Assembly: GCF_963676685.1 (NCBI RefSeq)
Contig: NC_092348.1
Coordinates: 13,578,001 to 13,642,000 of the forward strand
Length of the DNA stretch: 64,000 nt
Source: Mytilus edulis
Lineage: Eukaryota
Reading direction: 5' to 3'
Positions 27,038-39,454 of the stretch are shown piece after piece. The notes beneath the pieces were generated by a model. It did not search any database, had not been told where the DNA came from, and was given only the letters and a program-made list of their open reading frames with translations. A program made the position numbers and the translations under genes. Numbering within the stretch: the first letter of the stretch is position 1; each line of letters starts with the position of its first letter.

Positions 27038-27327
27038 TTTTTATGCCCTTTTTATGGGCATAATGTTTTCGGTTTTTGAGTCCGTTCGTTTGTCCTTCCG
27101 TTCGTTCGTCCATTCGTCTGTCCCGTTTTAATTTACAGTTTTAGTTCCATGTAGTTTTTTATGAAGTTCTATCAATTTGACACTTAGTAGACATGTTCCC
27201 TGTGATCTTTGTAATTTAATTCCAACATATAGATCTAGAGTTTTGATTCCAATTACATGGTCCATTAAACAAAGTAATGCGAGTTGGTCATCCATGACAT
27301 GATGAACTATCGACACGTTCTTGTTTT
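27038..27327 (+). mobile_element. Degenerate short Helentron-type non-autonomous element (HINE/DINE-like)
   Basis: 5' palindrome ttatgccc-tttttat-gggcataa followed by a (GTCC/GTTC)n microsatellite; same layout as the head of 48677-50513; ends in cttgtttt. Confidence 0.5.
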
Positions 27328-28080
27328 ATGATACATTATTACTGTTTAAATTCATAATTTAAACGGGTTCGATGATTTGGTGTCGTCCTGTTTTGCCCAC
27401 TTTTAATTACATGCATATATAAACATGGAGGGAATTGGTGTTTTAATAATTATAGTTTATTTTTTACCTTTTATTTTACTGGAAAATTTTTAAAAGAATA
27501 TTATATTCTGCTATGAAATCAAGGAAATATTTGAAAAAACTTTTCTATATTTTATATATCTCTGGCAGGAAAATATATATTTATTTTTATCATATGTTTA
27601 GTAGTAAATACAGTAGTTTTGAATATTTTGATAAATAGCCTGCTGTTATATCCATATCGCGCAACTTTGATGAGCACCCTTTATCGCATACCCTTTATCA
27701 CACTCCTACTTTTTTTTTTATTTTTACATAAAGTCAGTTTTTATTTATGTAGGCTTAAGAAATATTTTCCCTCAAAATAGGTCCAATAGAATAGTCATTC
27801 GGGCGTGACGAAATCTATTGAATGATCGTCAAGTTTTCATGCAGTTTTTTGGCACACTAAATGCAACTATAAAAAATACAAAACACACAAAAAAATACAA
27901 TAATAAACAAAATATTTTTAAAACAACAGCACGCAATTTATAAGGTAACCCAGGTGCTTCGGATAAGTAATTGAGCAGTTCTTTTAAGGCTTTTAAAACA
28001 AGACAAAAGTAGACCTGAAGGTAACCCAGTGCTGTGGATCAGAAAGCAGTTCATATAATATATTTACTCTCCTGTTGAAA

Positions 28081-28239
28081 TATATGATAAAGCGTATAAA
28101 ACATGGCAAAATCCGTACCACATGCCGTATCACCCTCGACCTATATCATCCTCGGGCCTAAAGGCCCTTGGGCTGATATTGGTGTCTCGGGATGATACGA
28201 CATATGATACGGATTTTGCCATGTATTATTCTCTATATA
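28081..28239. repeat. ~160-bp imperfect hairpin (solo end of a hairpin-type element)
   Basis: acatggcaaaatccgta...gggcc-taaa-ggccc...tacggattttgccatgt. Confidence 0.8.
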
Positions 28240-28579
28240 AAAAAAATAGGAAAAAATGTGCGCTTACAATGAATTGTTATTCCAATTTATCAACAAAAGT
28301 AAAAGAATGAAACTAAAGATTTATTAGAATAAACCTCATTTGAATATCTTTGACTGACTTTATTTAACTTAATTGTTTTTTAAATTTTAATAAAAAACAC
28401 TGTTCTAAAATTTAATATAAAAAAGTATCCAGTTTATTCTAACAAGTAGAAAATAAATGCATCTGTTCAGTAGCTAAGCTATAAATATGACACAATTTGA
28501 ACAGTAATCTGCATCCAAGCTGGCATTTTCTTTTAAAAAAAAAAGCCAAACAAATATCTTTCAATTAATAATCATGATT

Positions 28580-29230
28580 GCTAACAACACCAGTTAGAAC
28601 TTCAACCAGAAAGACTATTCACTTACTATGTGACAGCAACCAACAATGCAGCATGAACAGTGTGGCCAAGGGTAAATGAGAAAGGCTGCTTCTTCCATTT
28701 CACCCAGTGTATTTGGCGATAGGCTCAGAAATATGGACTACAGTCCTATTATAAATAAACTGATACGATGAGCCGCAGTACTACTCCTTGTTCCAACCCA
28801 CCAGGTTGAGGATGTTTGGCTAAACACTTAAGAAGACATTGCAGGAGTTGAAAACATACCCGCTTCAACTTCATTTACAGAATACATGACAGAGCTCTTG
28901 GTTGAAAGCTACCGCTTTCTATGGAATCACTATTACACAGAAGGACCCCGCACCACAAATCATATGGAAGGATGGCACAACAAACTTAAGAAGAGACTCA
29001 AACATACCCACGCTAACATCTACGGGATCATTGAGCTACTGAAGGAAGACAACTTGAAGGCACTAACAGAATGCAACATTACCCTGTATGCAGCAGGAGT
29101 CCGTCCAGCAAAATGATGACGATACAGAGTAATAGACACCAGACTCCAACTACTGAAAGACCGATACCAACAAAGACTCAACGTGGTAGATTACTCCGAC
29201 GCAGCATCCCATCTTCTCCATTTGAACTGA
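28580..29230 (+). pseudogene. MULE (Mutator-like) transposase remnant
   Basis: VWPRVNEKGCFFHFTQCIWR*AQKYGL (CxFH motif) and FLWNHY...GPRTTNHMEGWHNKLK (RTNNxxEGWH motif); several stops and frameshifts. Confidence 0.8.
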
Positions 29231-29512
29231 ATAATGAAGTGAAATATTGTAAATTGTGACTTTGTAAATATAAATTGTTTTGTGACTTTTGATGTATGTA
29301 TAACAGATTGTATTTCTCATTATTTTACATATTTCCTTATGCAATGCATTTATACAATTGATTAATTTATTAAAATTAGGTTTGCAATAAAAGAGATCTT
29401 GTATTAATGTATTTGTATCATGAAAATCGTTCACAAACTAATGAAATATAAAGACACTTTTGTAACTGAATATATTTTTTTTGTTATTTGTTGTGTAAAT
29501 GTATACATGTTG

Positions 29513-30154
29513 AATTGACAATGAGGGTCGGTTGAAAACAAAACTTTACGACAAAAGAGATGATTTCAGCTTTCCAATTGTGAACTTTCCATTTCTAAGT
29601 AGCAACATTCCAGCAGCACCTGCATACGGGGTATATATCTCCCAATCGATACGATATTCCCGTGCTTGCATTTCCGATCATGATTTTCTTGATAGAGGGT
29701 TGCTGCTCACAAGGAAGCTATTAAACCAAGAGTTCCAAATGGTGAAGTTGAAATCATTCCTTCTTAAATTTTACGGACGCCATCCCGAGTTGGTTGACCG
29801 TTATGGAATAACCCTTTCACAAATTATATCGGATATGTTCCTTACGTCGTAACTACAATCTCCTTCCCTTTCATGAATGTAACCTACCGAATTAGACTAT
29901 TTACCGGATTTGTAATCACATAAGCAACACGACAGGTGCCACATGTGGAGCAGGATCTGCTTACCCTTCCAGAACACCTGAGATCACCCCTAGTTTTTGG
30001 TGGGGTCCGTGTTGTTTATTCTTTAGTTTTCTATGTTGTGTCTTGTGTACTATTGTTTTTCTGTTTGTCTTTTTCATTTTTAGCCATGGCGTTGTCAGTT
30101 TGTTTTAGATTTATGAGTTTGACTGTCCCTTTGGTATCTTTCGTCCCTCTTTTT
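29513..30154 (+). mobile_element. 5'-truncated Penelope-like retroelement (RT C-terminus 29532-29852 plus 3' tail)
   Basis: KTKLYDKRDDFSFPIVNFPFLSSNIPAAPAYGVYISQSIRYSRAC is typical of the PLE RT C-terminal/thumb region. The ORF stops without a C-terminal GIY-YIG, as in N-terminal-endonuclease (Naiad-type) PLEs. Possible TTGAAT duplication at the flanks. Confidence 0.8.
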
Positions 30155-32879
30155 GAATAGGTTAAATGAATTTAATAATACATTAAATTATTGAGAAAAA
30201 ATATTTGATTTGTTTGATAATTTTTCTATACAAAAAAAACCAACCTGAATATATACGGAAAACACTTAGAAACTTATACCAAAGTTGAAACAGACAATAC
30301 AATTGTATGCTCATTAAACCTTTTGTCTTTTTTGTTTTCTTTACTAATAGATAATTGGTAGAATTAAAAGTGGGCAAACCAGGTGTAAACCGAAACGAAA
30401 TCGTTCATGAAAATAAACTGACTGGCTCTATCAATTTGATAGTCTGAAGCGCTGGATCAAACTACACCAGGTATCCTCAAACCCTAAGATTTCATAGCCA
30501 ATGACCTTTGGTGTTACATTTCCAGCTTCAAATTTATCAAAGACGAATTAAAGAAAGGTATGTTATCAGTTATGTCAGTGCATGTACCGAGCGTTGACTA
30601 CTAAGCTGATGATACCAATACAATCTATGTATATCTAAGGTTACATAACTGTTCTGTGTGCGAATCAAGCCTCTTTATTAAAAGAGCTGCCTGAAATATA
30701 ATCAAATGCATCTATTATGTGTGTGCTTACCATTAAAGGAAATAGAAGACTAAAACACAGGGTGTTATTTGTTGTTATTGCGCCAATGCACATGAAACGT
30801 ATATATTGTGCATATATTAAAATCGTTGAACAAATATTGTATTAATCTTTAGGAGGCATTTAATCAAAAGTAAATAACATATCGTTTTTAGAAAAATGAT
30901 GATACACTTATGTGTATAAATGTTGTGTCCAGCATGACTGATAAAGTTGAGTCTGTTCCATACCTCTGGACTCACAAACCAGAGAGAGAGAAAAATCAAC
31001 ATCAAGAGCAAGTATTATTTAAACAATCATAAAAAATTACTAATAGTGTTAAGTTTGTAGTAATACTAGATTTAACAGATACTTTCTATTTTCCTAACAG
31101 TCAAAGTCTCATAACTCTGGGAATCTCAAATCGGATTTTTTTTTATAAATCGTACGGTTTGTTATGTTCACCATGCAATCCAACATTTATCTACCTAAAA
31201 AAACATATTCAAGTTATGACAATTTCCCGAAAACGCTGGAACAACTTACCAGAAAATTTCAAAAATCAAAATGAATTTCCTTTTTCAATTTGCGAAAACG
31301 AATCATTACAGAGCGATATGTTTTAATTGCCTCAATGTCTTTTGTGTTAGTTGTTTGTGTGCCACCCGTCAATCATTTGATTGAAGCCAATACCAATCAT
31401 TTTCAAAGTTGATGATTATGCTGTTACACCACTGTCTAAAGTTAGAGAGGGTTAACACTCAAAATAACGTTTAACCCCGCTACACACTTAATGTGTCAGG
31501 AGCCTCTTGTTCAGGGGCTCATTTCAGTTTTTTGTAAATATAAGTAGTCGTCAGATGTATGCACAATGCAAAGATAAATCCAACGACAAAATAAAATATA
31601 CAGACATGCGGTTTGTAGCAATAGACTTATATATTTTAGTACTTATGTATGGTTCTGATAACAAGGAAGTCTTTCTTGCTTGATTTTCATTTCAGTTACT
31701 CCCTCTGTAAGTTTAAAAAAAAAAAATTGGAAGGATGTGCATTTTACTTATAAAGCAACATTTTTTATAACTTATTTGATATTTCAAAGGCGTGGTCTTA
31801 ATGCAACAGCTGTCAGTCAAGCTCTTGATAATAAAAAAACGGTGTGGTATAATAACTCATGAGACAACTCTCCAGCCAAGTCTCAATGTATAAAAAAGTT
31901 AACAAATATAGGTCAAAGTACGGCCTTATCATGGATTCTTGTCTTACACCGTAAATCAACCTCTGAAGGACCGCAAAATGACCATTGTAAAACAATAATT
32001 CAAATAGGAAAACCAACAGTCTTATCTCTATAATTAAAGAGGAACACATACAAACCACACTAAAAAAAAACGACAACCACTGAACAACTGGTCTTGACTG
32101 ACAGCTGTTGCATTAAACTCAGCGTGTTTTAACATTTTGTAAAATAAACGCCAACCTTCACCCTAATCTTAAACAGAACAATACAATATAAAAAAGATAC
32201 GATATATCAACTCGACAACAAAGACATACAAACACAAAAACAAGTAATAAAATTGAGAATGCAAAAGAGGAATTTGTCAAAGAGACACAAACCAAACCAA
32301 AGAGAAAAAAACAGCTGAAGGCCTCCAATGGGTCTTCAACACAGCGAGAAAAATCCCAATGCTAAAGAAGGGCATTAGGTGGCCCCTAAACATAGCGCAC
32401 TGTAAAACACAGTTTATAAAAAATGTCCGAGTCCGATGTCAGAATAGGTAATACAAGTAACTAAACAAAATAGCAATGATGCATAAATTAACGAAGGACT
32501 ACTATCAGATCTGAAGCAGACTCTTTGAAAGAAACATACACTGATCGAATAAGTGACACAATATACATACAATATTAGAAAGAAGGTACCAATATAACAT
32601 AGACGTTATAGGTAGTAATAAGTATCATATATAATGAATTGATAATCGTCCGTATATAATCTACTTTTATAATGAGTCATCTCTTTTGACGTCCGACAAA
32701 TCCAAATCACCTTAGCATCAATAGCATTTTAAAAAAAATTCATTATACATACCAGTATTAAAAACATGAGACGCCATTTTGCCCTCACAAGCCTCACGAT
32801 GACACCAAAATCTAAAGTTTAACCCCCCCCCCCCCCCCCAAATGAACGAATCTTAAGAGCCATAACCCAAATTTATAAG

Positions 32880-33476
32880 GATCGGTCTCCATCTCTCAAC
32901 CCTCCCCCTATACCTCTAACCAATGTAGTAAAGTAAACGCATATCAATACGCACATTAAAATTTAGTTCAAGAGAAATCCGAGTCTGATGTCAGAAGATG
33001 TAACCAAAGAAAATAAACAAAATGACAATAATACATAAATAACAACAGACTACTAGCAGTTAACTGACATGCCAGCTCCAGACTTCAATTAAACTGACTG
33101 AAAGATTATGATTTCATCATATGAACATCAGGCACAATTCTTCCCGTTAGGGGTTTAGTATCATACCATCATAACATATATGAGAAGAACATAACCCGTG
33201 TCATGCCAACAACTGTTTTTAGAATAAATGTGTTTAGTTCCGATGCAAAGACCTTATCAGTGACTCAATATTAACGCCAAAATATGCAATCTTTAATGAC
33301 TTGACAACAGTATCGTAATTATATCCCTTCTGAATAAGTCTATTCAAAGGTTTTGTAAGTTTCTGAGGTGAATACTGACACTTTTGTGCTTTATAAAGAA
33401 TATTACCATAAAAAATTGGATGTGAAATACCTGAACGTATTAGAAGTCTGCATGTTGAGCTATATTTACGATGCAT
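32880..33476 (-). mobile_element. 5'-truncated retroelement fragment (ORF C-terminus 33234-33476 plus 3' tail), probably Penelope-like
   Basis: ORF end HRKYSSTCRLLIRSGISHPIFYGNILYK...LNRLIQKGYNYDTVVKSL; the tail matches 3130-3300; further tail pieces at 32245-32500. Confidence 0.6.
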
Positions 33477-33574
33477 TGATACTGTTATAAAAATAAATTA
33501 AATTAAGAGACAGATGATACTAATTATGAAATGTTAGTCAGTACTTCAATTTTTAACCTATTTCGTTTATACAA

Positions 33575-34691
33575 ATGCCTAGAATTGGTCGACGGAGAAA
33601 TGGGAATGGGCGCGCACGAGTGTCCGTTGTTGAAGCTCAACCACCAGAGAGACGACGCGGAAGGAGGAACCGTGCAGTTGCTGCACCAGGAATTCAAGAT
33701 GTGGGGGCAGTTGTTGGTGAAGTACAAGCACCTCTTTCTCTACCAATCCAGACTCCTTTGCCTTTTGAAAGACAACCTGCCTTGCAAGGTCCCGTAACAC
33801 CAGCGCTGAACGTACAAGCGCCATTTGCGCAAGTTGAAATTCCAGCTCCTGTTCCAATGCCTAATCAAAATGGTGAGATAAATAATGATCATATGCTTAT
33901 ACCTAATCAGTCAGAATGTGATGTTTACGTATCTCAAAATTTAAAAGAAAAATATCGAATAGAGAATACATAGATTTGTCATTACTTCTTTATCAAAACT
34001 TTATTAGTCAAATTGACAGACCTCAAAATGTTATAAGTTATGATAATGCAGCCGGTTCACTTGTAATCACATCAAACAAAAACAGCAAAGTTAAATATAT
34101 TCAAAACATTGAGTCATGGACTAATGCATTTATAAACTATATGAAAATATTTATTCAACGTTTTCCAAATTTAGCTAATGAATTGACCACTTATATGTCA
34201 ATCATTAGATGTACACAAGTGTCTTTTGAGAAGATTTATTGTTATGACCAGCAATTTAGATTAAGAATGGCAAACAATCTTACAAGATCTTGGTCTTCCA
34301 TTGATGGCATTTTATGGTACACCGTCATAGCTAATGGGGAACCGGAGGGTAATACAATTCAACTGACAAGTGTAGGTAATCGACCATGCTATGAATACAA
34401 TTTTAAGGGAGCTTGTCATCGACAAAATTGTTTTACATCCATTTATGTATGAAATGCGGAATGGCCCACCCTTTCGCTGGCTGTCCACAACAAGCAAACA
34501 GCAACCAGGCATATGCTCGTGCTCAAAATGCAGCCCGAGGCACATATCAAAATACAGTAAGAGTTGCTAGAAATTTTGCACCAAGAACTCAAACACATTT
34601 TCAAAGAGCAGCGAATTCGAATCAAGGATTTAGACCTCGAGGAAGCAGATTCCCTGCCCTTCGAATGGCCGCACACACATTTAACAATTAA
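33575..34691 (+). pseudogene. Gag-like ORF1 of the YR retrotransposon (frameshifts near 33950 and 34432)
   Basis: Arg/Pro-rich N-terminus; IESWTNAFINYMKI and YDQQFRLRMA core; zinc-finger cluster CYEYNFKGACHRQNCFYIHLCMKCGMAHPFAGC; basic tail. Confidence 0.8.
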
Positions 34692-34706
34692 ATTATATAT
34701 TTTTCA

Positions 34707-36340
34707 GAATCTTTAATTAATCCGCTGGACATATGGTGTCTTGGCTTTACTCCGAGCAATGTCACAGAATTAAATAAACTCCTTTTCAATTACCCAAATC
34801 AACATGATGCAATGATATTATATAAAGGATTTTCTGAAGGTTTTAGGTTAAATTATTTTGGACCACGATGTAGGATTGAATCAAAAAATTTACATTCAAT
34901 CATCCAAAATCCTTGGGTGGCATGGGAAAAAGTCATGAGTGAAGTAAAAAATGGTCGCATAGCTGGTCCTTTTTTGACTAGACCTATAACTAATCTAAGG
35001 TGTTCGTCTATCGGTGTAATTCCTAAGAAAACTGGTGGATTTAGATTGATTACGCACTTATCTTTTCCGCCAAATTTGAGTGTAAATGACTTTATTGATG
35101 AAAAGTTTACTACAGTAAAGTATTCGTCTTTCGACAATGCTATGGATTTGATTAAAAGATTGGGTTCAAATGTGGAAATTGGAAATAAGGACATTAAATC
35201 CGCCTTCAGATTGCTAAACATTTATCCAGGGGACTTTGATCTATTAGGGTTTAAACTTAATGAATATTATTTCATAGATAAATCATTGCCTATGGGGTAC
35301 TCAGAATCAAATTGCTTATTCGAAAAAATTTCAACTTTTATTCAATGGGCTGTCATGAATGAGTCCAATTCAGAAAATCTTGATCATTATTTGGATGATT
35401 TTTTATTTGCCGGTAAAAGCAATACTGAGGATTGTAAAAATCTGATGAATAGTTTTGATAGAGTATGTTGTCGTCTTGGAGTCCCAATTGCTCATGAAAA
35501 AAACAGAAGGCCTAACAACAAAACTTAGTTATTTAGGTTTACGTATAGACACAGAAAAAATGCTAAAACAAATTCCGGAGGACAAAGTATTGGAGTTAAA
35601 GTCGAAAATTAAATGGGTATTGGGTAGGAAAAAGATCACTTTAAGGGACCTACAATCTTTGTGTGGGTCATTAGCTTTTTGTGGTCGATCTACCTGCCGG
35701 CATAGCATTTAGCAGACGAATTTGTTTGACAAGTAGTCACGCAAAGAAACCGCATCATTATGTCAGAATCACAGAAGGCATGTATCAAGACTTATTGGTA
35801 TGGGAATTGTTTTTAGACAAATTTAACGGCATTAGTTACATGCTTGACATTAATTGGACTTCAAATTCAGTTTTACAACTATTTACTGACAGCGCTGGTG
35901 GTTCAACAAAATGGTGTGGCTGCTTTTTCCAAGGTAAATGGGCTTTTCTTAAATGGCCTGTAGAATGGTCTGGTACTGAAGTTCTCAGGGATAAATCATA
36001 TTTAGAAATGATACCTATTGCACTATCTGTTTATTTATGGGGTAATCTATTTCAAAAAAAGAAAATTTTATTTAATTCGGATAATAATGCCGTGGTTGGA
36101 ATTTTAAATAAGAAGACTTCAAAATCTATACGAATTATGAACCTTGTTAGACACATAGTATATTGGTCGTTATTAGGCAATTTTCACATAAAAGCACAGT
36201 TCATTCCTGGTTATACAAATATAATTGCAGATTGTATTTCTCGTAAAATATTTCAGAAATTCAAAAGTCTGGCTCTGACAGCAGATACACATCCAGCTAC
36301 AATTCCGGAGGAATTTTGGATCATTTTAGGCCAGAAATAG
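34707..36340 (+). pseudogene. Pol: reverse transcriptase + RNase H (frameshifts near 35500 and 35686)
   Basis: RT motifs FRLITHLS, DIKSAFR, LPMG, HYLDDFLF and YLG; RNase H motifs LFTDSAG, YLEMIPI, FNSDN and NIIADCISR. The frame stays open upstream of ATG 34812 back to the acceptor at 34707. Confidence 0.92.
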
Positions 36341-37197
36341 CAAAGCTATTGGACGCATCGAATTCTCAGAACACATGGAAATCGTATAACAATGGACTGA
36401 CTTCATTTGTTTCATTTAGATTAGAAGAAGGTTTAGGAAATACATGGCCGCCCAGTATTTCGCATTTAGTAATTATGTTGCTTATTTATCAAAATTAGGG
36501 TATGCTCCTGCAACGGTTCAGGTGTACTTATCAGGTTTAAGCTATTATTTACGAATAAATGAGCTCACAGATTTGACTTCATCGTTCATTATACAAAAAA
36601 TGTTGAAAGGAATGGACAAATTATATGGTGTAGTAGATAGTGGCAAACCTATAACTTTAGAAATATTAGCTCGATTAATAAACTCGTTGCAATTTGTCTG
36701 TTCTTCAGTATATGAATGTACGTTATTTAGATCCATGAGAATTGGTGACATTACAATTAATAGAAATACGCAACATGTCATTAACAATGACGATGTCAAT
36801 GTTTCACATCATTCACAATCTGCATATATCACAATTCCCTTTTCGAAAACAGACCAAAAAGGTTTATCTACAACATTAACAGTTGAAAGGTTTAATCAAG
36901 TAGATATTTGCCCGGTGAGATTGTTATTAAACTTTATTTCAATCAGACACAAAAACAATGGACCACTTTTTTGTCATTTTAACAAAACCGGTGTAACACG
37001 ATATCAATTTTCTAGTGTACTATGCAAAACCATGAAATTTATTGATTGTAATCCAAATGAGTACAACACATTCATTTCGAATAGGTGCAGCTACACATTT
37101 TGCTATAAATGGCCATACTGATGAAGACATTATGACTTTAGGTCGTTGGAAATCTGCATCCTTTAAACATTATATAAGAATTGAGCTAACCAAATAA
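36316..37197 (+). pseudogene. Tyrosine recombinase (frameshifts near 36470 and 37070, plus a short internal deletion)
   Basis: Catalytic set MRIGD (R), SKTDQ (K), then after the frameshift HSFRIGAAT (HxxR), LGRWKS (W) and HYIR (Y); stop TAA at 37195-37197. Confidence 0.9.
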
Positions 37198-37209
37198 CTT
37201 ATAATTTCA

Positions 37210-37835
37210 GCTTGTCTTAGTAATGAAATATGGATTATTGGTTCTTCAATAATATGCAGTGCTCGTGATCACTCAGAGAACAGACCTTCAGGTAGTAATT
37301 TAGGTCTTTTAAAAAATAATAATTGTTTTTTGCGATGGGCAGGTAAATCTAGTATGAAATGGGACGATGTTGTTGTCACCGTTAACAGCATAATTAATTT
37401 ATGCAGCAAAATTCCACATGCGTTGATATTGCATTGTGGTGGAAATGACATAAGAAATGTACCATGTGTTGCTCTGCTATATCACATTAAATTCACAATA
37501 GCAATTCTGTCTCAAATGCTCCAAAATTGCTCTCTTATATATGGTCAAGCATTCTTCCCAGGCGTTCATGGCGTTACTCAAGCGATGACCATGCCATGGA
37601 AGTTACAAGAAAGAGAATAAATAGGGGAGCGAGATCTTATATACTCAAACATGGAGGATACGTTATCAAATATCCAGATTTTGACGACCGTCATCCAGCG
37701 CTATATTCGGACGATGGAGTACATCTATCATTTATTGGAAATGATATTTTCTTGAATCAAATTCAATCAGCACTTGAAACGTTCATAAAGTATCCACAAT
37801 TGTGTTGTATTTCCTCACGATCACCTTTAATTTAA
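37210..37835 (+). pseudogene. SGNH/GDSL hydrolase ORF carried by the retrotransposon (frameshift near 37540)
   Basis: Block I IWIIGSSI, block II RWAGKSSM, block III LHCGGND, block V DGVHLS. No upstream ATG; preceded by the acceptor-like ataatttcag. Confidence 0.8.
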
Positions 37836-39454
37836 AATAAACATAGTTCATATTGACAATGGATGGAATTACATTTATTTTGTGAAATTTGATTGTTATA
37901 TAAATGTTGAATTCGCAATATCTTTTATTATTTTGACTGTTTAAATGTTGTTAAGTTGATTATAGAATTGGAGATAACTGAATTGTCATGGGTAAATTTT
38001 GTGGCGGATTATCATTCTGTACTAAAGTCCGAATTATAATTTTGGCGAAATTTACTTCATTTTATGCAGACTATGGATAACCCAGCTGCTAATTCTGAAA
38101 TATTGCTGAATGGACCGCCCTTCAGTACACCAGCTTTGGATCGCCCAGCTGTGATACAATGGTTAGTTCAATCGTCATCAACATTTTATTGATTGACAAA
38201 TATTTTGGTTGTGTACTGTTGTTGTAACAGTTGTTGTTGTTTTATGAATGAATTTTGATTAAATGTTGCCATGACAATTCAATATCCAAACAAAATCAGT
38301 GTTTGTTATTTGTTGTAGTGAAATTCAAATCAAGGCATCAATGGCGTCTGTTAGTCAATTCTGATAATTGGTTAATTTACACCAAGTGATATTTTTTTAT
38401 CAAACAATATATTCAATAATATCTCGTTACTTTAGCGAATGTGAAGATCTTATCTATTCATAAAATAGTATAAAAGTTGAGATGATGATAGTCAGGTAGA
38501 CAAAGTCAAGACGACAGTGATAAGTTATAGTTATTAGTAAAATTAAGTGATATCTCTTCTTCCTCGTGATTTCAAAAGTTCATTGGTATATATAAGCATT
38601 AGGACGTAGAATTGTTATCTAGTTGGGAAATTATTTTTTTCTCAACTATTCTACAAATTTATCATTTTTAATGTTGTTTTGTATGTTTTTATATTTAAAC
38701 ATCATAAATTATCATATTTATGTGAAACCTAAATAAGTGTGATAAATGTGTCTGATCCTTTTTGTAAAACGTAATAGTAAATAAAATATGAAATGAAATA
38801 ATAAGTTTGTATGTTTTGCATGTGTACAAAGTACGGACTTTCAAACACCAAAAAAAAAACACCATTAGACATAAAAATCTATCTTGATTTTCATAATATC
38901 ATATAAAGGCATGTTGACGCTAAATTATTTTTTAGCTATTTAAAAATTAATTTAATTGCACATTTGTCATAACTAAAAAAATCATCGGGATCTCCTATCG
39001 TCGCATTGCTACATTACGGTTGAGCGGGCACAGGCTTGTAATAATCATGATTTTCTGAGTCGTGTTCTCTCTTACTTAAATTCAAACACAGCGTGATGAC
39101 ATTTCGTATAAATATTCAAAATCTTAGCATTAAATTCTAAAATTTACAGCGTCATGTAAACAACATTTGAATCTGTATGTTAAGCTTTTAATACAAAACT
39201 TCAAAAGAAAATGTCTAGTTAGACAAAAGTGAGTATCATTCCTCGTGAAGTAAGTTATACATCATAGCTGATTATGGAGTTGAATATTAAAATAACAAGA
39301 GGTTGCATTGTTGCCAGTGAGACAACTTTCCACCAGATATGTTCTTCTGAAAATTTTAAAAACGAAATTAAGCAAGTAATCGTCATATTTTGCTTGAAAC
39401 GCAAAAGCGCTTCTTGATTTTAAAGTATTGTCGCCATCATGAGCTGACTGACAA

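Larger units (their letters stand above)
33477..38320 (+). mobile_element. Decayed tyrosine-recombinase retrotransposon (Ngaro/DIRS group): gag - RT/RNaseH - YR - SGNH hydrolase
   Basis: All four domains are co-linear on the + strand. Terminal repeats were not identified; the 5' end abuts another element. Confidence 0.9.

Noticed and set aside
29852-30154. Possible SECIS/selenoprotein signal, since some Naiad-type PLEs encode selenoproteins
   Set aside because: No in-frame TGA in the preserved ORF fragment and no convincing SECIS quartet seen by eye; a SECIS search would be needed.
29936-30160. Hydrophobic 74-aa ORF resembling a small membrane protein (also part of 9913..10254)
   Set aside because: Translation of the T/G-rich multicopy retroelement tail.
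33575-37835. Idea that the YR element is intact and the frameshifts are sequencing errors
   Set aside because: Several indels are outside homopolymers, there is a deletion before the YR catalytic Arg, and there are multiple substitutions at normally conserved positions.
33477-38500. Split direct repeats or ITR/ICR expected for Ngaro/DIRS elements
   Set aside because: Only a 9-bp match (tgttagtca) was found between the ends; the 5' end is probably truncated.
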